From: the human T2T-CHM13v2.0 reference genome, Homo sapiens
NCBI RefSeq assembly: GCF_009914755.1
Contig: NC_060938.1
Length of the DNA: 64,000 nt
Strand: one strand, 5' to 3'
A program made the position numbers and the translations under genes. The notes beneath the pieces were generated by a model. That model saw only the letters and a list, made by a program, of their open reading frames with translations. It was not told where the DNA came from and did not search any database. This document shows, one piece after another, positions 1 to 13,188 of this stretch (the stretch's first letter is position 1; every line of letters begins with the position of its first letter).

Positions 1-76
1 AATCTGTCTCAAAAAAAAAAAAAAAAAAAAAAAAGAAAAGGAAATTGTATTATAATTTTTAACTAGATAAAAACAT

Positions 77-488
<412 letters not shown>

Positions 489-707
489 TTAAAAACACTG
501 CTTATGTTAAGAACCACAAACAATTCACTATCTTTCAATCCACCCTGCTGAAGACTGGGCCTGGGCACATGGAAACCCCCTCTTGCTTCTGCTTCTTCTG
601 CTTGATGTGGACCCCTGAGTGCTCCCAGGTGGCTCTGGTTGTACATGCTCCGAGCCTTACCTGATGCTAAGTCATTCAGGGGCTGAAAAGGTATGGCCTC
701 CCCTCAC

Positions 708-859
708 CTGATGGGCTTCTGCGAAGTTCCCGCGAAGGATGCAGGATGCCAGCAGTGACTCAGGTGGGGAGAACATCATGGGGATGAGTGAACTTTGAGG
801 ATGGGGGTGCAATCTACTGTGCAGCTCATTCCGGCCAGACATGGCACTCAGACTTCCCT
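708..859 (-). CDS. ZFYVE26: Spastizin exon 14 (152 nt)
   Basis: caacag| EGSLSAMSGRNELHS...RGNFAEAHQ |gtgagg. Confidence 0.94.
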
Positions 860-1270
860 CTGTTGGGACACAAGAATGTGTGGGGCCAGAGAAGCAAGAG
901 GAATTAAGGAAATGCTATATTGCTGCCACCTCCCACCAAACTTTTATCTCCTCAATGTCCTTCTGTAAAAGGCCTGTAAATAGGTCTTAATTTTTCCTCA
1001 AATGAAGGGCAAACCTATGCTACCATCTTTGAATAGAAGATGCTAAGTGCCAACTACCTTCTTTGGGTATTTACCTCTATTTCTCTCTGTTGCTGGATAA
1101 CTAAATTGAGAATGAAACAGTCCTTTCCCTTCTCCCAGCTAAAATCTGGCCATCTGCCAACCTTGAATAACAACCTTGACTGCTCAATCCTGGCTTTACA
1201 CCATGGTGTATGGCAACTCTATATCAGGGCAAAGCTGCTCAAAGTTGGCAACTGGTGGAAATCTGCATAC

Positions 1271-1339
1271 CTGACGTACTTGTGCTCAGCTCACTACTTG
1301 TACTTTCCAGGGATGGGTTTGAACCTCTGTCTCGGCCAT
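1271..1339 (-). CDS. ZFYVE26: Spastizin exon 13 (69 nt)
   Basis: ctgtag| DGRDRGSNPSLESTSSELSTSTS |gtatgc. Confidence 0.93.
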
Positions 1340-1762
1340 CTACAGGTATTGGGAAGAAGAGAGAAAGTCAATTATCAGCTCCTTATAGAGTAGGAAGTGT
1401 GAAGTTGGCTTGACAGCCAAGATCTGTGTAGTTAGAGACAGAGGATAATGAATAACTATGACACCTGCTGCTCCTTCTACAGCAAAACACAAGCTCCTAT
1501 AGACCAAAGGCAAAGGGTGGGCTGAATATGGCAACAGAGTTCACCTGGGTAATAGCCTATACCAGTGGTTCCCAACCTGTGGGTCTCAGAGCCCCAAGAA
1601 CTTTCAAGTTATTTTTAGGGGTCAGTGATCAGCACCTGCTCAGTAAGCACTGGCAGTATTCTGAAAAAATAAAAGCACAACTGTTATGACCAGGGAGTGG
1701 TAGGGACACAGTATTTCCTGACATAGAAAAAGGTATCTTCATACTTGAAAAGGCAGACAACT

Positions 1763-2060
1763 GGCTGGGTGCAGTGGCTTACACCTGTAATCCCAGCACG
1801 TTGGGAGGCCGTTGTAGCAGGATAGCTTGAGGCCAGGAGTTTGAGACCAGCCTGGGCAACACTGCAAGACCCCGTCTACACAAAAAATTAAAAACAAATT
1901 AGTTGGGCAAGGTGGCATGCACCTGTAGTCCCAGCTACCCAGGAGGTTGCGGCAGGAAGGATTGTTTGAGCCCAGGAGTTCAAGGTTACAGTGAGCTATG
2001 ATTGTGCCACTGCACTTCAGCCTGGGTGACAGAGCAAGACCCTATCTGTATTAAAAAAAA
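1763..2060 (+). mobile_element. Alu (AluJ-like)
   Basis: Dimeric Alu consensus. Confidence 0.9.
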
Positions 2061-2719
2061 TGTAGGGAACCAAAGTCTAAGACCTGGCTGGCCAAAGACC
2101 ATGATATTCAAAGTCTCAGAGAAAAAGCTTCTCTCTTCTCAACACCAGGCTTCCTAACATGTTAGAGCTTTCTAACAGAGGCTCGCTATTCCTTAGCCTG
2201 GTCATTCGAGGGGCTGTCTCAGCCTCATGCAAGGGAGGCACCTCAGTTCACTGTTTGGAAGCCCTTTAGAAGGAACAGCCGTAGAAGAGATGATGGGTTG
2301 TGCATTCTTGTGCTGAATGGGTCAAGTGGATGCAAACTCTGCCTTCTGACCCAAAACAATTAATGTAGCAGCTTAAGGGACTTAGCAACGCAACCTTGAA
2401 GCTTTCTCTCACGGCATCCTCCGCCCCACCCAGTATGCTCACCTTTCATGTTGCCACTTAGCTAGAGCCTACTCATTCTCTGGAGCTTGGTTCAAGAGTC
2501 AACTCCTTCATGAAATCTGTTGCCCTGACATCTGCAGGTCATGCTGATATCCTCTTTTAAGACATTTCTTCTGTTTTCAGGCAGGGTCGCAGGTCACTTT
2601 AAACTTTCCATGTATACTATCTAAGCAGGTACATTACAAATTGTTCGAAGTCAAAAGCCTAGCTTGTGCCTCATTTACCTACCTCAAGATACCTAGTATT
2701 GTTTAGCCCATGGGAAATC

Positions 2720-3770
2720 CTCATGAATTCCTTTTAATTTTTAAAAGATCAACACCAAAAGCCATAATGAAAACTTGATTCTCTAAAAATTTAATACTCC
2801 TGCATAATGCGCCTATATTAACTTCTCTAAGAAAAGCCTATAAGTGGAATCAAAAGGCAAAATAGAGAAAAAAATAATAGCACATGATGAGAAAATATTT
2901 TCTGTAATGTATAAAGAGCTTTCTAAAATTGAAGATAAAAGAGATTCCTAAGAGAAAAATGGACCTTAGACATTAGGCAGTTTACAGAAAAATATAAACA
3001 GTCAATAAATATGTGAAAAGATATTCAATCTCAAACTAAAAAAAATACTACTGAAGCAATGAAACATCACTATTAAATATATTGGTGAAGGTTTTAAAAA
3101 ATCTAATACTATTGACTGATGAGAGTATGTGCAAACAGGCAATCACATACAGCTTGCAGAACTATAAATAATAGGAGGGAGAGAAGGATGGGGAGAGGGT
3201 GATTAATGAATATAAAATCAGAGCTGGATGGAGGGATCAGTTCTGCTGTTCTGTAGCACTGCAGGATGAATATGGTTAACTATAATCTATTATATATTCT
3301 CAAAAAGCTAGAAGAAAGGATTTTTTTTTTTTTTTGAGATGGATTCTCACTCTGTCACCCAGGCTAGAGTCCAGTGGCACAATCTCAGCTCACCCCAACC
3401 TCTGCCTCCCAGGTTCAAGTGATTCTCGTGCCTCAGGCTCCCGAGCTGGGCACCCACCACTACACCGAGCTAACTTTCATATTTTTAGTAGAGACAGGGT
3501 TTTACTATGTTAGCCAGGCTGGTCTTGAACTCCTTACCTCAAGTGATCCATCTGCCTCAGCCTCCCAGAATGCTGGGATTACAGGTGTGAGCCACCGTGC
3601 CCGGCCGAAGAAAGGATTTTGAATGTTCACAACACAAAGAAATGACAAATGTTTGAGGTGATAGATATTACTCCAATTTGGTCATTACACATTTTATAAA
3701 CATATTGAAATATCACTGTGTATCCCTTAAATATGTACAATTATTATATGCCAACTAAAAATAAAAGGGA
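2720..3770 (+). mobile_element. Old L1M fragments (L1ME/L1MA-like) interrupted by an Alu
   Basis: A-rich degenerate ORF2/3' UTR motifs; Alu TSD gaagaaaggatttt at 3311 and 3607. Confidence 0.6.
3321..3606 (-). mobile_element. Alu
   Basis: Poly-T plus reverse Alu with TSD. Confidence 0.9.
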
Positions 3771-4106
<336 letters not shown>

Positions 4107-4772
4107 TCATAGTATTGTGAGGATTAAATAAGTTAACAATTATAAATATAAGGAATGTAGAGCAGCATCTGGCATACAATGAATACTTAATATTAATCCC
4201 TATAGAAAAAAAGAAATCCATATTGGTCTACCTTATTTTTAAGGCAACTGGGTAATATCTATATATGATACCCATATAGATCTGACCTAGTAATTCTGCT
4301 GCTAGGAGCTTATCCTGTATTTACACAAGTATGCACAGACATGTACAAGGTTTTTTACTACAGCACTGTTTATAATGGTAAACAACTGGAAACTTAAATG
4401 TCCATGAACAGGGTGTTTCTGACAATGGAATACTAAGCAGTATTTAAAATGGTAAGTGAAAAAAGTTCTCAATTTATAGTATAATACATCTGTATATATA
4501 AAAGGATATAAATGAAAAAAGCAAGCTGCAGTTCTCAATATATAGTATAATGCATGTGTATATATATAAAAGGATATACATGTTTATATTGCATGGAAAA
4601 TTTCTGAAAGGATACATAGGAAACTATTAACAAGGGTTACCTTGAGGGAGTGGGAATAGGATAATTTTACAACGCTTTTGTTGTTTTTGACCATGTGCTG
4701 TTTCTTAAAGAGTATTAGACAAGCAGCATTACACCACTTGCCTAGTGCATGGGAATGAGCTCTTCAGATTAC

Positions 4773-4856
4773 CTGCCTGGCTCCTTCTTGTCCGACGACC
4801 CCGGCGGAGACTGGGGTGACGTGTGGCAGGCTGGTATCTTCGGGAAGGTTGCTCCT
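4773..4856 (-). CDS. ZFYVE26: Spastizin exon 12 (84 nt)
   Basis: tttcag| EEQPSRRYQPATRHPSLRRGRRTRRSQA |gtaatc. Confidence 0.94.
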
Positions 4857-5114
4857 CTGAAAGAGCAAACCCAATGGGACAGAAAGGAGAGTGATCAACT
4901 TTGATTTGGCCCTTTCTTGGCATAACAGGTTGGGGAAGGTTTGCACTGGGCTCTGAGACATGGAGCATACCCCAGTGTTCTGACACTGGTTGCCATGGTG
5001 ACGATATGCCCTGAGTTATGGGGTGACTCCTATGTACTCCTAGCTCTCTCCCATATTCCTGGGATCTTTCTCCCTCTCCACCTTCTGGTCCCACCAGTTC
5101 CACCCTTCTCTCAC

Positions 5115-5723
5115 CTGAACGATGGTTGCTTGTCACCACCTTGTGTCTCCACTGGGCCTCAGAGACAACCTTGGAAAGTCGATGCAGGCGGCTCTGCAGT
5201 CCATCTCTGCTTCCTGAGCAGCTCTGACTTTCTTGCTTTGGCTTCTCAGGGGGGCTGCGGCTACTGATCTCATCCAGTTGCTCTTGGAGAAGCCTGAGGA
5301 AGGCCCCTATTGCAAATTCATCAGCCAGAAATCCACTGATACCACTAGTAAAGTGTTTTAAGTCCAAAAAGCTGTGCCTATGAGGCCCTGGGTAACTGTC
5401 TTTTGGCTCTGCCTTCACATGGCTTGGCATTGTATAAGCAAGGGTCTTTGGGACTCCCAGGGAACCCCGTTCTGACTTCCTTTCAGGATGTGCTATGTGC
5501 TGAGGGCTCTCTGATGGGGACCTCAAACCTGAGGGGCTCTTCCCCTCAATGTCATCATCCTCAGCATAGTCCTCAGGCAAGTGAGGCTCTGGGTGAAGAT
5601 CAGCAGAGGTGATGAGAAGCAATGAGAAGATGTTTTCCAGAAGCTCCAGGCACAGAGAGTCAGGAATACTGCACAGATACTGTTGACACCTGGCCAGGTA
5701 AGTTGAGAAGAGATTTGCAGCAC
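5115..5723 (-). CDS. ZFYVE26: Spastizin exon 11 (609 nt)
   Basis: tttgtag| GAANLFSTYLARC...VVTSNHRS |gtgaga; inside ORF 4729..5778. Confidence 0.95.
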
Positions 5724-5944
5724 CTACAAAAACATGTACAAGAGAAGAGGCCAGAGAAAGAGAAGACAGAGAATGCAAACATTAGAAACATTACCTCCCA
5801 GCGTCAAACATTCTCGCAACTTTAGCTCATTTATTTATTTTTTAATTATAAGGGAACTGAGGTTACAGTGAGAAGAATAAGAGACTTAGGATGTCTTTTC
5901 ATGATTTGCAGAAAGATTTTGCCATTTTAAAAGTACAGCTGGCC

Positions 5945-8023
5945 GGGTCCCGCCCCGAGGCCAACCGGGCCTCCCCAGCCTTTTGGCCACCAGGCCCCGC
6001 CCCCGGGGAGGGCGCTGAGCTCCGCTTGGCGCCTCTGATCTTTATTTCTCGCGCCGCGGTTTCGGTGGGAGGGGCGGGGGTGATTTACGGATACTCTCTG
6101 CCCTCAGATCCTGGGAAAAGTCTATTCTGTTCCCAGTGACAAAGAACAGAGAGCAGTGTACGATGAGCAGGGAACAGTGGACGAGGACTCTCCAGTGCTC
6201 ACCCAAGACCTAGACTAGGAGGCGTACTGGCGGCTACTCTTTAAAAAGATATCTTTAGAGGACATTCAAGCTTTTGAAAAGACATACAAAGGTTCAGAAG
6301 AAGAGCTGGCTGATATTAAACAGGCCTATCTGGACTTCAAGGGTGACATGGATCAGATCATGGAGTCTGTGCTTTGCGTGCAGTACACAGAGGAACCCAG
6401 GATAAGGAATATTGTTCAGCAAGCTATTGACGCCAGAGCGGTGCAATCCTATAAGGCCTTTGTCAAAGAATCGAAACAAAAGATGAATGCAAGGAAAAGG
6501 AGGGCTCAGGAAGAGGCCAAAGAAGCAGAAACGAGCAGAAAGGAGTTGGGGCTTGATGAAGGCGTGGATAGCCTGAAGGCAGCCATTCAGAGCAGACAAA
6601 AGGATCGGCAAAAGGAAATGGACAGTTTTCTGGCTCAGATGGAAGCAAAGTACTGCAAGTCTTCCAAAGGAGGAGGGAAAAAATCTGCTCTCAAGAAATA
6701 AAAGAAATAATAGAATTTTTCTCTTCAAAGGTCCTTAGGTGTAAATTGATGCCATGGTAGGCAAGGTGCTGGCAAGATTTGAAGGCAAAAGTCAACTCAA
6801 CTCTTGAGAAAAGGTGTCTTTCCAGCCTGAATTTTTCAGATTGACTAGGCCAAGCAGAATCTCTCAACCTGATCTTAGCATTTCCTAGAAAGCACTTGAC
6901 ATTGTGTGAGGTCTCACCTGAAGGAACTTGGTGGTGACAATTGGGAGGGCGGAGGGAGGCAGTGTCCTTCCTGACAGCACTTGCCTCCATGGATCTTCTG
7001 TACACAGAACTCTATCTAGGATGTGGTTCTGTTCATGTTGTTTTCTGTGATGTGCGTTGTCTGTTAGAATAGGCTCTCTACCCAGCTAGAACACCTTCCA
7101 AACACTTGCTGGACAGCTATCTTCCACATCCTTCCCATTTTACATTTGGTCTTAATGATCTTGAATAGACCCTGTCTTCATTTTACTCAGCCAGGTTTTG
7201 TACTGATGTACAGGTATTAAATTACTTTAAGCATTTTTGTAAGAGTTGTATATGATTAAATAAAAAAAGTAAAACATGATAGTTAAGTTCTGGGGGCTTT
7301 GTAAATGATCCCAGTAAAATGTGACCTAGAAAAAATGTGAATGGTGTTTAGGATGAGAGAAAAGGGGAAAACAATAGCCCTGGTCAGCTTTATAATAGAC
7401 AGCCTGGTTTCCCTAGCATAAAGAGATGTATGTTATAGTCCTGCCACTAATTGCTGAATGTCTTGAGTTGGGCCACTGAGCTTGTCTGAATCTGTTTCCT
7501 TTTATAAAAGAGATATTACATCAAAACAAAGAGTGAAATCCAAACTTTTCAAACTGTATGTATTAAATATGTCCAGTTTTTTGGTTAAAAAAAAAATTGC
7601 ACTGGCTTTGAGAGAAAACACACAGGGTGAGGGAATTGGGCTAAATGACTTCTTAGAGGCCCCTTTCTGACTGTCTAACTTTGAAAGACAAGCCATATTG
7701 ATCCAGTTGTTATAGTGAACTCATAGTAACGGTTTGTGAGAACAATACATAGATTTTCATTTCTATGTAGATGAGTTGGTATGAGAATATATGGAATGTT
7801 TTTAGGGTCTGTTTGAATCTTTGATTTGTAGACTATTAAATATACCATATGCATAAAGTAAGCCTTTAGCTCTAAGGTAAAGTCGACACATTTTCAGTTT
7901 GTGGCTACAAATAGGTTAAAAATAGTTTTTAATTGTATTAAAAATATAATTTAATGCAGGTTGTTTGAAGCATCTGTCTTCATATAATGGCATTAGAACA
8001 CCTTGGTATAATAAAAAGTTACC

Positions 8024-8067
<44 letters not shown>
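5945..8067 (+). pseudogene. Retrotransposed DNAJC9 pseudogene (probably the annotated DNAJC9P1), antisense in ZFYVE26 intron 10
   Basis: Intronless ILGKVYSV...KSALKK from 6108 matching DNAJC9 residue 61 onward; TAG at 6216-6218 (W97) and TAA at 6699-6701; long 3' UTR, AATAAA 8010-8015, (AAAT)n tail, TSD AAAAGTACAGCTGGCC at 5929-5944 and 8068-8083. Confidence 0.93.
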
Positions 8068-8069
<2 letters not shown>

Positions 8070-8079
8070 AAGTACAGCT

Positions 8080-8375
8080 GGCCATGGGCAGTGGCTCATG
8101 CCTATAATCCCAGCACTTTGGGAGGCTGAAGTGGGTGCATCACCTGACGTCAGGAGTTCGACACCAGCCTGGCCAACTGGTGAAACACCATCTCTACTAA
8201 AATACAAAAATTAGCCAGGCTTGGTGGTGGGAGCCTATAATCCCAGCTACTCAGGTGGCTGAGGCAGGAGAATTGCTTGAACCCAGGAGGCGGAGGTTGC
8301 AGTGAGCTGAGATCAAACCACTGCACTCCAGCCTGGGCAACAGAGCAAGACTCTGTCTCAAAGAAAAAAAAAAAA
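8080..8375 (+). mobile_element. Alu (AluS-like) abutting DNAJC9 retrocopy
   Basis: Dimeric Alu; TSD AAAAGTACAGCT at 8068-8079 and 8372-8383. Confidence 0.92.
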
Positions 8376-9187
8376 GTACAGCTTACTGAAAACTAAAACT
8401 CATTATTTTGTATCTGCTTTGTAAATGTTACATTGTTCCTCATCCCTGATAAGGACTCTATATTTCAGTTCCAGGAATGAAGGTAACATGCAGACCCTTT
8501 ACTCCTCAATTCTATTTCCACTTATTTTTACACTAAAGATGATCACGCCTACTTAGATCTCTTAAGAAATCCTTAATAGGCAAAAATGACCATGCTAAGA
8601 GGTAAAGATCTATTCCAAAGCTAGGAGAGAGGGAAAACTGACCACTAGTCAGTCACAGAAGGCAAGTTAAATTATTAAGAAAAATGAGAGAGGATAGGAC
8701 CATTAGGTTGGTACTTTTCACACTGTAGGCTGTGACCTATGAAATTGCCTTAGAAGACTACATTTAAAAAGATGAAATAGGAAAGAAAAATAATCAGGAG
8801 TGTGCTCTATGAAGTAAGCATTGTTTTTAAAACTTAGTTTATATATCACATATATACACATACATATGTAAACACACAAATTATATACCTAGGTGCAAAC
8901 TGGAGTAGGATGTAAAATGCTATTCCTACCGTGAAATATAGTTTTTAAAAAAGCGTTTGGAAAACACCATACTAGGTGATCAGACTCTGTTAAAACTTAG
9001 GCAATCACTTTCTTTTTCCATGTCCCTTTGATTCAGAGGCTGACAGATGGATGAAACTATCCCTGGGTGAAATAAAACCAAGGCCATCACCCCACTCCCA
9101 ATCTTGGTGGAAGAGGGTAAACACACAAAGCACCCACTGGCATGTGTTGTTATCAGCTTATCTCACGGATGGAGGGAAGTGCTGTAC

Positions 9188-9391
9188 CTGGGGAGGAGAG
9201 AGAGTCATTCGCTGGCTCTGTAGCTGAGGCCAGGTCCTCAGAGAGGCTGTCTTTGCAGTCCTGGCACTGGGAGTGCTGGTGTGAGTTTACACAGAGGGCA
9301 TAGATGGCATACTTCATGGCACAGAAGCCCTGGTAGAGTGTCAGGTTCTGACACTGGCTCAGGTGCTCAGGGACTGGAGCATCAACTGCAT
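9188..9391 (-). CDS. ZFYVE26: Spastizin exon 10 (204 nt)
   Basis: attcag| DAVDAPVPEHL...NDSLSSP |gtacag; overlaps ORF 9153..9461. Confidence 0.95.
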
Positions 9392-10424
9392 CTGAATTAC
9401 AAAGAGAAACAGGCTGAACTTGAGAGTTAATTAATTCAGGATGCAAGTATGGGTGAAGCAAAGAGATGCTGTGCCATACTTAGAGGTCCACTTGTAGGTT
9501 CTTACCCTCTCTCCTTTCTGTCGGTCTGATCTGTGTCACTTCTAGGGCTTTTCCTCAAGTCAGTATCAACTTTCAGTTCCCTGCACTTCCTTTCCCCCAC
9601 TCACCTCCCTTCTACATATCTCATGACTTCTACATGGCATTATTGCCCAGGGCCAGGACTTGCACCTGACAGTGAGTGCCTCCTTAAATTTTGCACCTTA
9701 AATGTCTCTCTTGCCTCACCCTAGTTGCAGCCTTATTATTGCCTCTTTTTTGCCTTTTTGAAGTGTGCCCCAGTGGGTCCAGGGATCAGACTTAAAATAC
9801 TGTATTTCTTTGGAAGGCCTGTATACTTGCATGTAAGAGCAGAGTTCGTATTCCTACAGGAAATCTGTTAAACAAGCTGCCTATCTTTCCAGAAAAAAAA
9901 AACATGGAATGTAATAACACTGGTTCTCCAATTAGTAGTAGGTCCTTTTGAAAAGTAAAGCAACATCCAGGCTGGGAAACCTCAAATGCCATGTAAGAAA
10001 GTTTGTGTCTCTCAAAGTAAGTGTCTCTGACCTGTGGGGCAGATTGTGACTATACAATGATACGTTTCTTAAGAACAAAAAGAAATGTATACATTCCACA
10101 ATGTATATATGCATCAACACATCACTTGTATTCCCAAAATAGATACAATTACTATTAGTCAATTAAAAATAGGGTAAAACTATATGGGGTATAGTGATAA
10201 GTGCCTGTAGTCCCAACTACTGGGGAGGCTGAGACAGGAGGATCACTTGATCCCAAGAGTTTGAGACTAGCCTGGGCAACATAGCAAGACTCCTTCTCAA
10301 AAACAAACAAATGAACAAAAAACCATGGTGAGAATTCATCTGAGAGGGGAGGGAAATAAGATAAAACTTAAAGAAAAAGAGCTTTTTAATGGGGTCTTGA
10401 ATTTAAGCAAAGATCTTAGGTTAA

Positions 10425-10752
<328 letters not shown>

Positions 10753-11209
10753 AGGCAAGTCTTTCTTCTAAATCTCCTGATCTGTTATATGGAGTATGAA
10801 GTGGACATGGGAGAAAAGGCACAAAACATGCTATCAGAAAGCTTATAAAACATGAAGCCACTCACTAAGAATTTGCATAAACACTGACTAACAATGCTGT
10901 GTATTCAGAGGGCAATTTCTAATTCTGTTTCACTGGAATGAGGCTGTAGTAGTGGTTCCTGTGATGGTTCCACAAGGACAAAGAATGCAGGATCATACTC
11001 ACAGGATTCCCTACACCTCACCAAGGAAGAGGAGGAATGCCCTATATCCCATAAACTGATTAGGACAAACAGTGCTCATTTAGAGGAGACCTCCTCACCA
11101 CCCTCTTGAAAGATCTCAGCAATCACATCTGGATAAATCTCATGCTGGAAGAAATGTGTAAGAATGTCCTAAGAGGAAATCCTGGCCAGGTCATTCCATC
11201 CCAACTCAC

Positions 11210-11373
11210 CAGGCTCTTGCTGGGGGTCCTTGGCTGGCACTTTCTGTAAGAGCTTGAGAACATCTTCCTCCCTGAGGGCTGGAAGGTTTGTAAGGTGATG
11301 GAGAGTGTAGAGCACTGAGTGGCTGTCTCCACCGTGTAAATGATACAACAGATCTCTCTTTGGTATGGGGTTG
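11210..11373 (-). CDS. ZFYVE26: Spastizin exon 9 (164 nt)
   Basis: attcag| NPIPKRDLLYHLHGG...DPQQEP |gtgagt; overlaps ORF 11169..11480. Confidence 0.95.
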
Positions 11374-11904
11374 CTGAATGGAAAAGTTGGGAGGATGGAA
11401 GAGAGGCAGTTTATATTATTGCTCGAAGAAAGATCAATCTCCATTCCCTCTTGTTCTTCCTCTCTGGACCATAATGCCACAGGCTTCCCTTCCCTACAAT
11501 CTAAATTTTAGTTGGTTTGGGACTGAGCCTAACATTTATTTACCCTCAGGGAAGTACATCTATCAAACCAGCTCTAGTTGTCTAGAAAGGTCCTAGAAAG
11601 GGCCTTTCAGATCAGTAGGGTCTAGAAAGGTCCTACAGACTGAATTTTCTAATTTCTACACCCTCTCCAGCTTCAAATGAACACAAGTTTCTCTGGCTGT
11701 ACTTTGAGTAAGAGCCCCTTGCTACTTCCCCCTCTGCCTACTCTACTTCAGAAAGTGCTGGTGAAGTGAGTGAAGAACAAGATAGAAACCTAAGTCCAGG
11801 CTAAGTTACCAGAGAAACACAGGGCCTCATGCACAGTTCAGTAAGCATTTGTTGAATAAAAGTGTGATCCAGGATAACGTAAGACTAAGAATGTGGATGA
11901 CATT

Positions 11905-12090
11905 GTGAGCTGTGTGACTTTGGACAAGTTATTTTATACCTGTGGGCTTCAGTTGCCTGACTTTTATAATGAAGATAATATTGGTATCTACCCATAGGAT
12001 TATTGTGAGGCTTAATTGAAATCATCCATGTAAAGGGCTTAGAACAATGCCTAGCTTATGGTAAGTGCACTGGAAATGCGAGCTATTGTT
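11905..12090 (+). mobile_element. MIR
   Basis: gctgtgtgactttggacaagtta ... ggattattgtgagg core. Confidence 0.6.
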
Positions 12091-12325
12091 CTTTTTGTTA
12101 CTGTCATCCTAAAATTATCCTCCAGTTATGACCTGATTGTCATGGTGAAGGTAATAATTACTTGTGTTTCTTTCTTGGTTTAATTGTTGGAACAATTTTT
12201 AGTAGCTGGTCAACATTGCCAACTCAAAACATTTATGTGGAAAACGCCTTGAAATGGCCACACATGCGGAGCACAGGGTCAGCTGTGCCCTGTGGTGGGC
12301 AGGCGCTGACTGCACAGGGCCATAC

Positions 12326-12414
12326 CTGCTCTGCTGTATGCACCACTCCAGGACCTCCAGGTGAGCCCACAACCCATCACAGGCATCCCTGAGGAGCTCA
12401 TCACAGCCTGGGCC
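12326..12414 (-). CDS. ZFYVE26: Spastizin exon 8 (89 nt)
   Basis: acatag| GPGCDELLRDACDGLWAHLEVLEWCIQQS |gtatg. Confidence 0.95.
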
Positions 12415-12562
12415 CTATGTTGATATGGGAGAAGAAAGAGATGCTGACTCAGGCACCTGGGGTTACAGATTATGACTGATTTTAGGGCTCTGCATTCAGC
12501 CTAAGCCCGAAGCCCCACGTCTCTCACTTCCAGAGCAGCCTGGGATGCTGAGTGAGAGTTAC

Positions 12563-12727
12563 CTGGGTCCTGTGCAGGGTCTGGAGCAGCCTCTTGGCTG
12601 ACTCTAGGCTCTGGCAGTGTGTCCAGCCCAGGAGTACAAGCAGGCAACTGAGGGGCCTGAATTCTCTATCAAGTAGGCAGCCAAGATTTGGGAAGTCTTC
12701 TTCTTTCAACAATGTTAGTGCTGTTAC
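12563..12727 (-). CDS. ZFYVE26: Spastizin exon 7 (165 nt)
   Basis: ttacag| VTALTLLKEEDFPNLG...LHRTQ |gtaact; overlaps ORF 12524..12712. Confidence 0.95.
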
Positions 12728-12800
12728 CTGTAAGTCAAAGAAAGCTGTTATAGGCAGCTATGTGGATGAGACAGAATGGGTTCTAGCTTACTGCTCTTTA

Positions 12801-13188
<388 letters not shown>

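Noticed and set aside
4729-5778. 349-aa ORF as a stand-alone gene
   Set aside because: It is ZFYVE26 exon 11 + intron 11 + exon 12 plus intronic flanks; the intron part is reported as a finding
6294-6728. 144-aa minus-strand hydrophobic ORF
   Set aside because: Antisense shadow of the Lys/Glu-rich DNAJC9 coding remnant; no splice or homology support
11581-11636. Short repeats tctagaaaggtccta
   Set aside because: Small slippage-type repeat with no regular spacer structure
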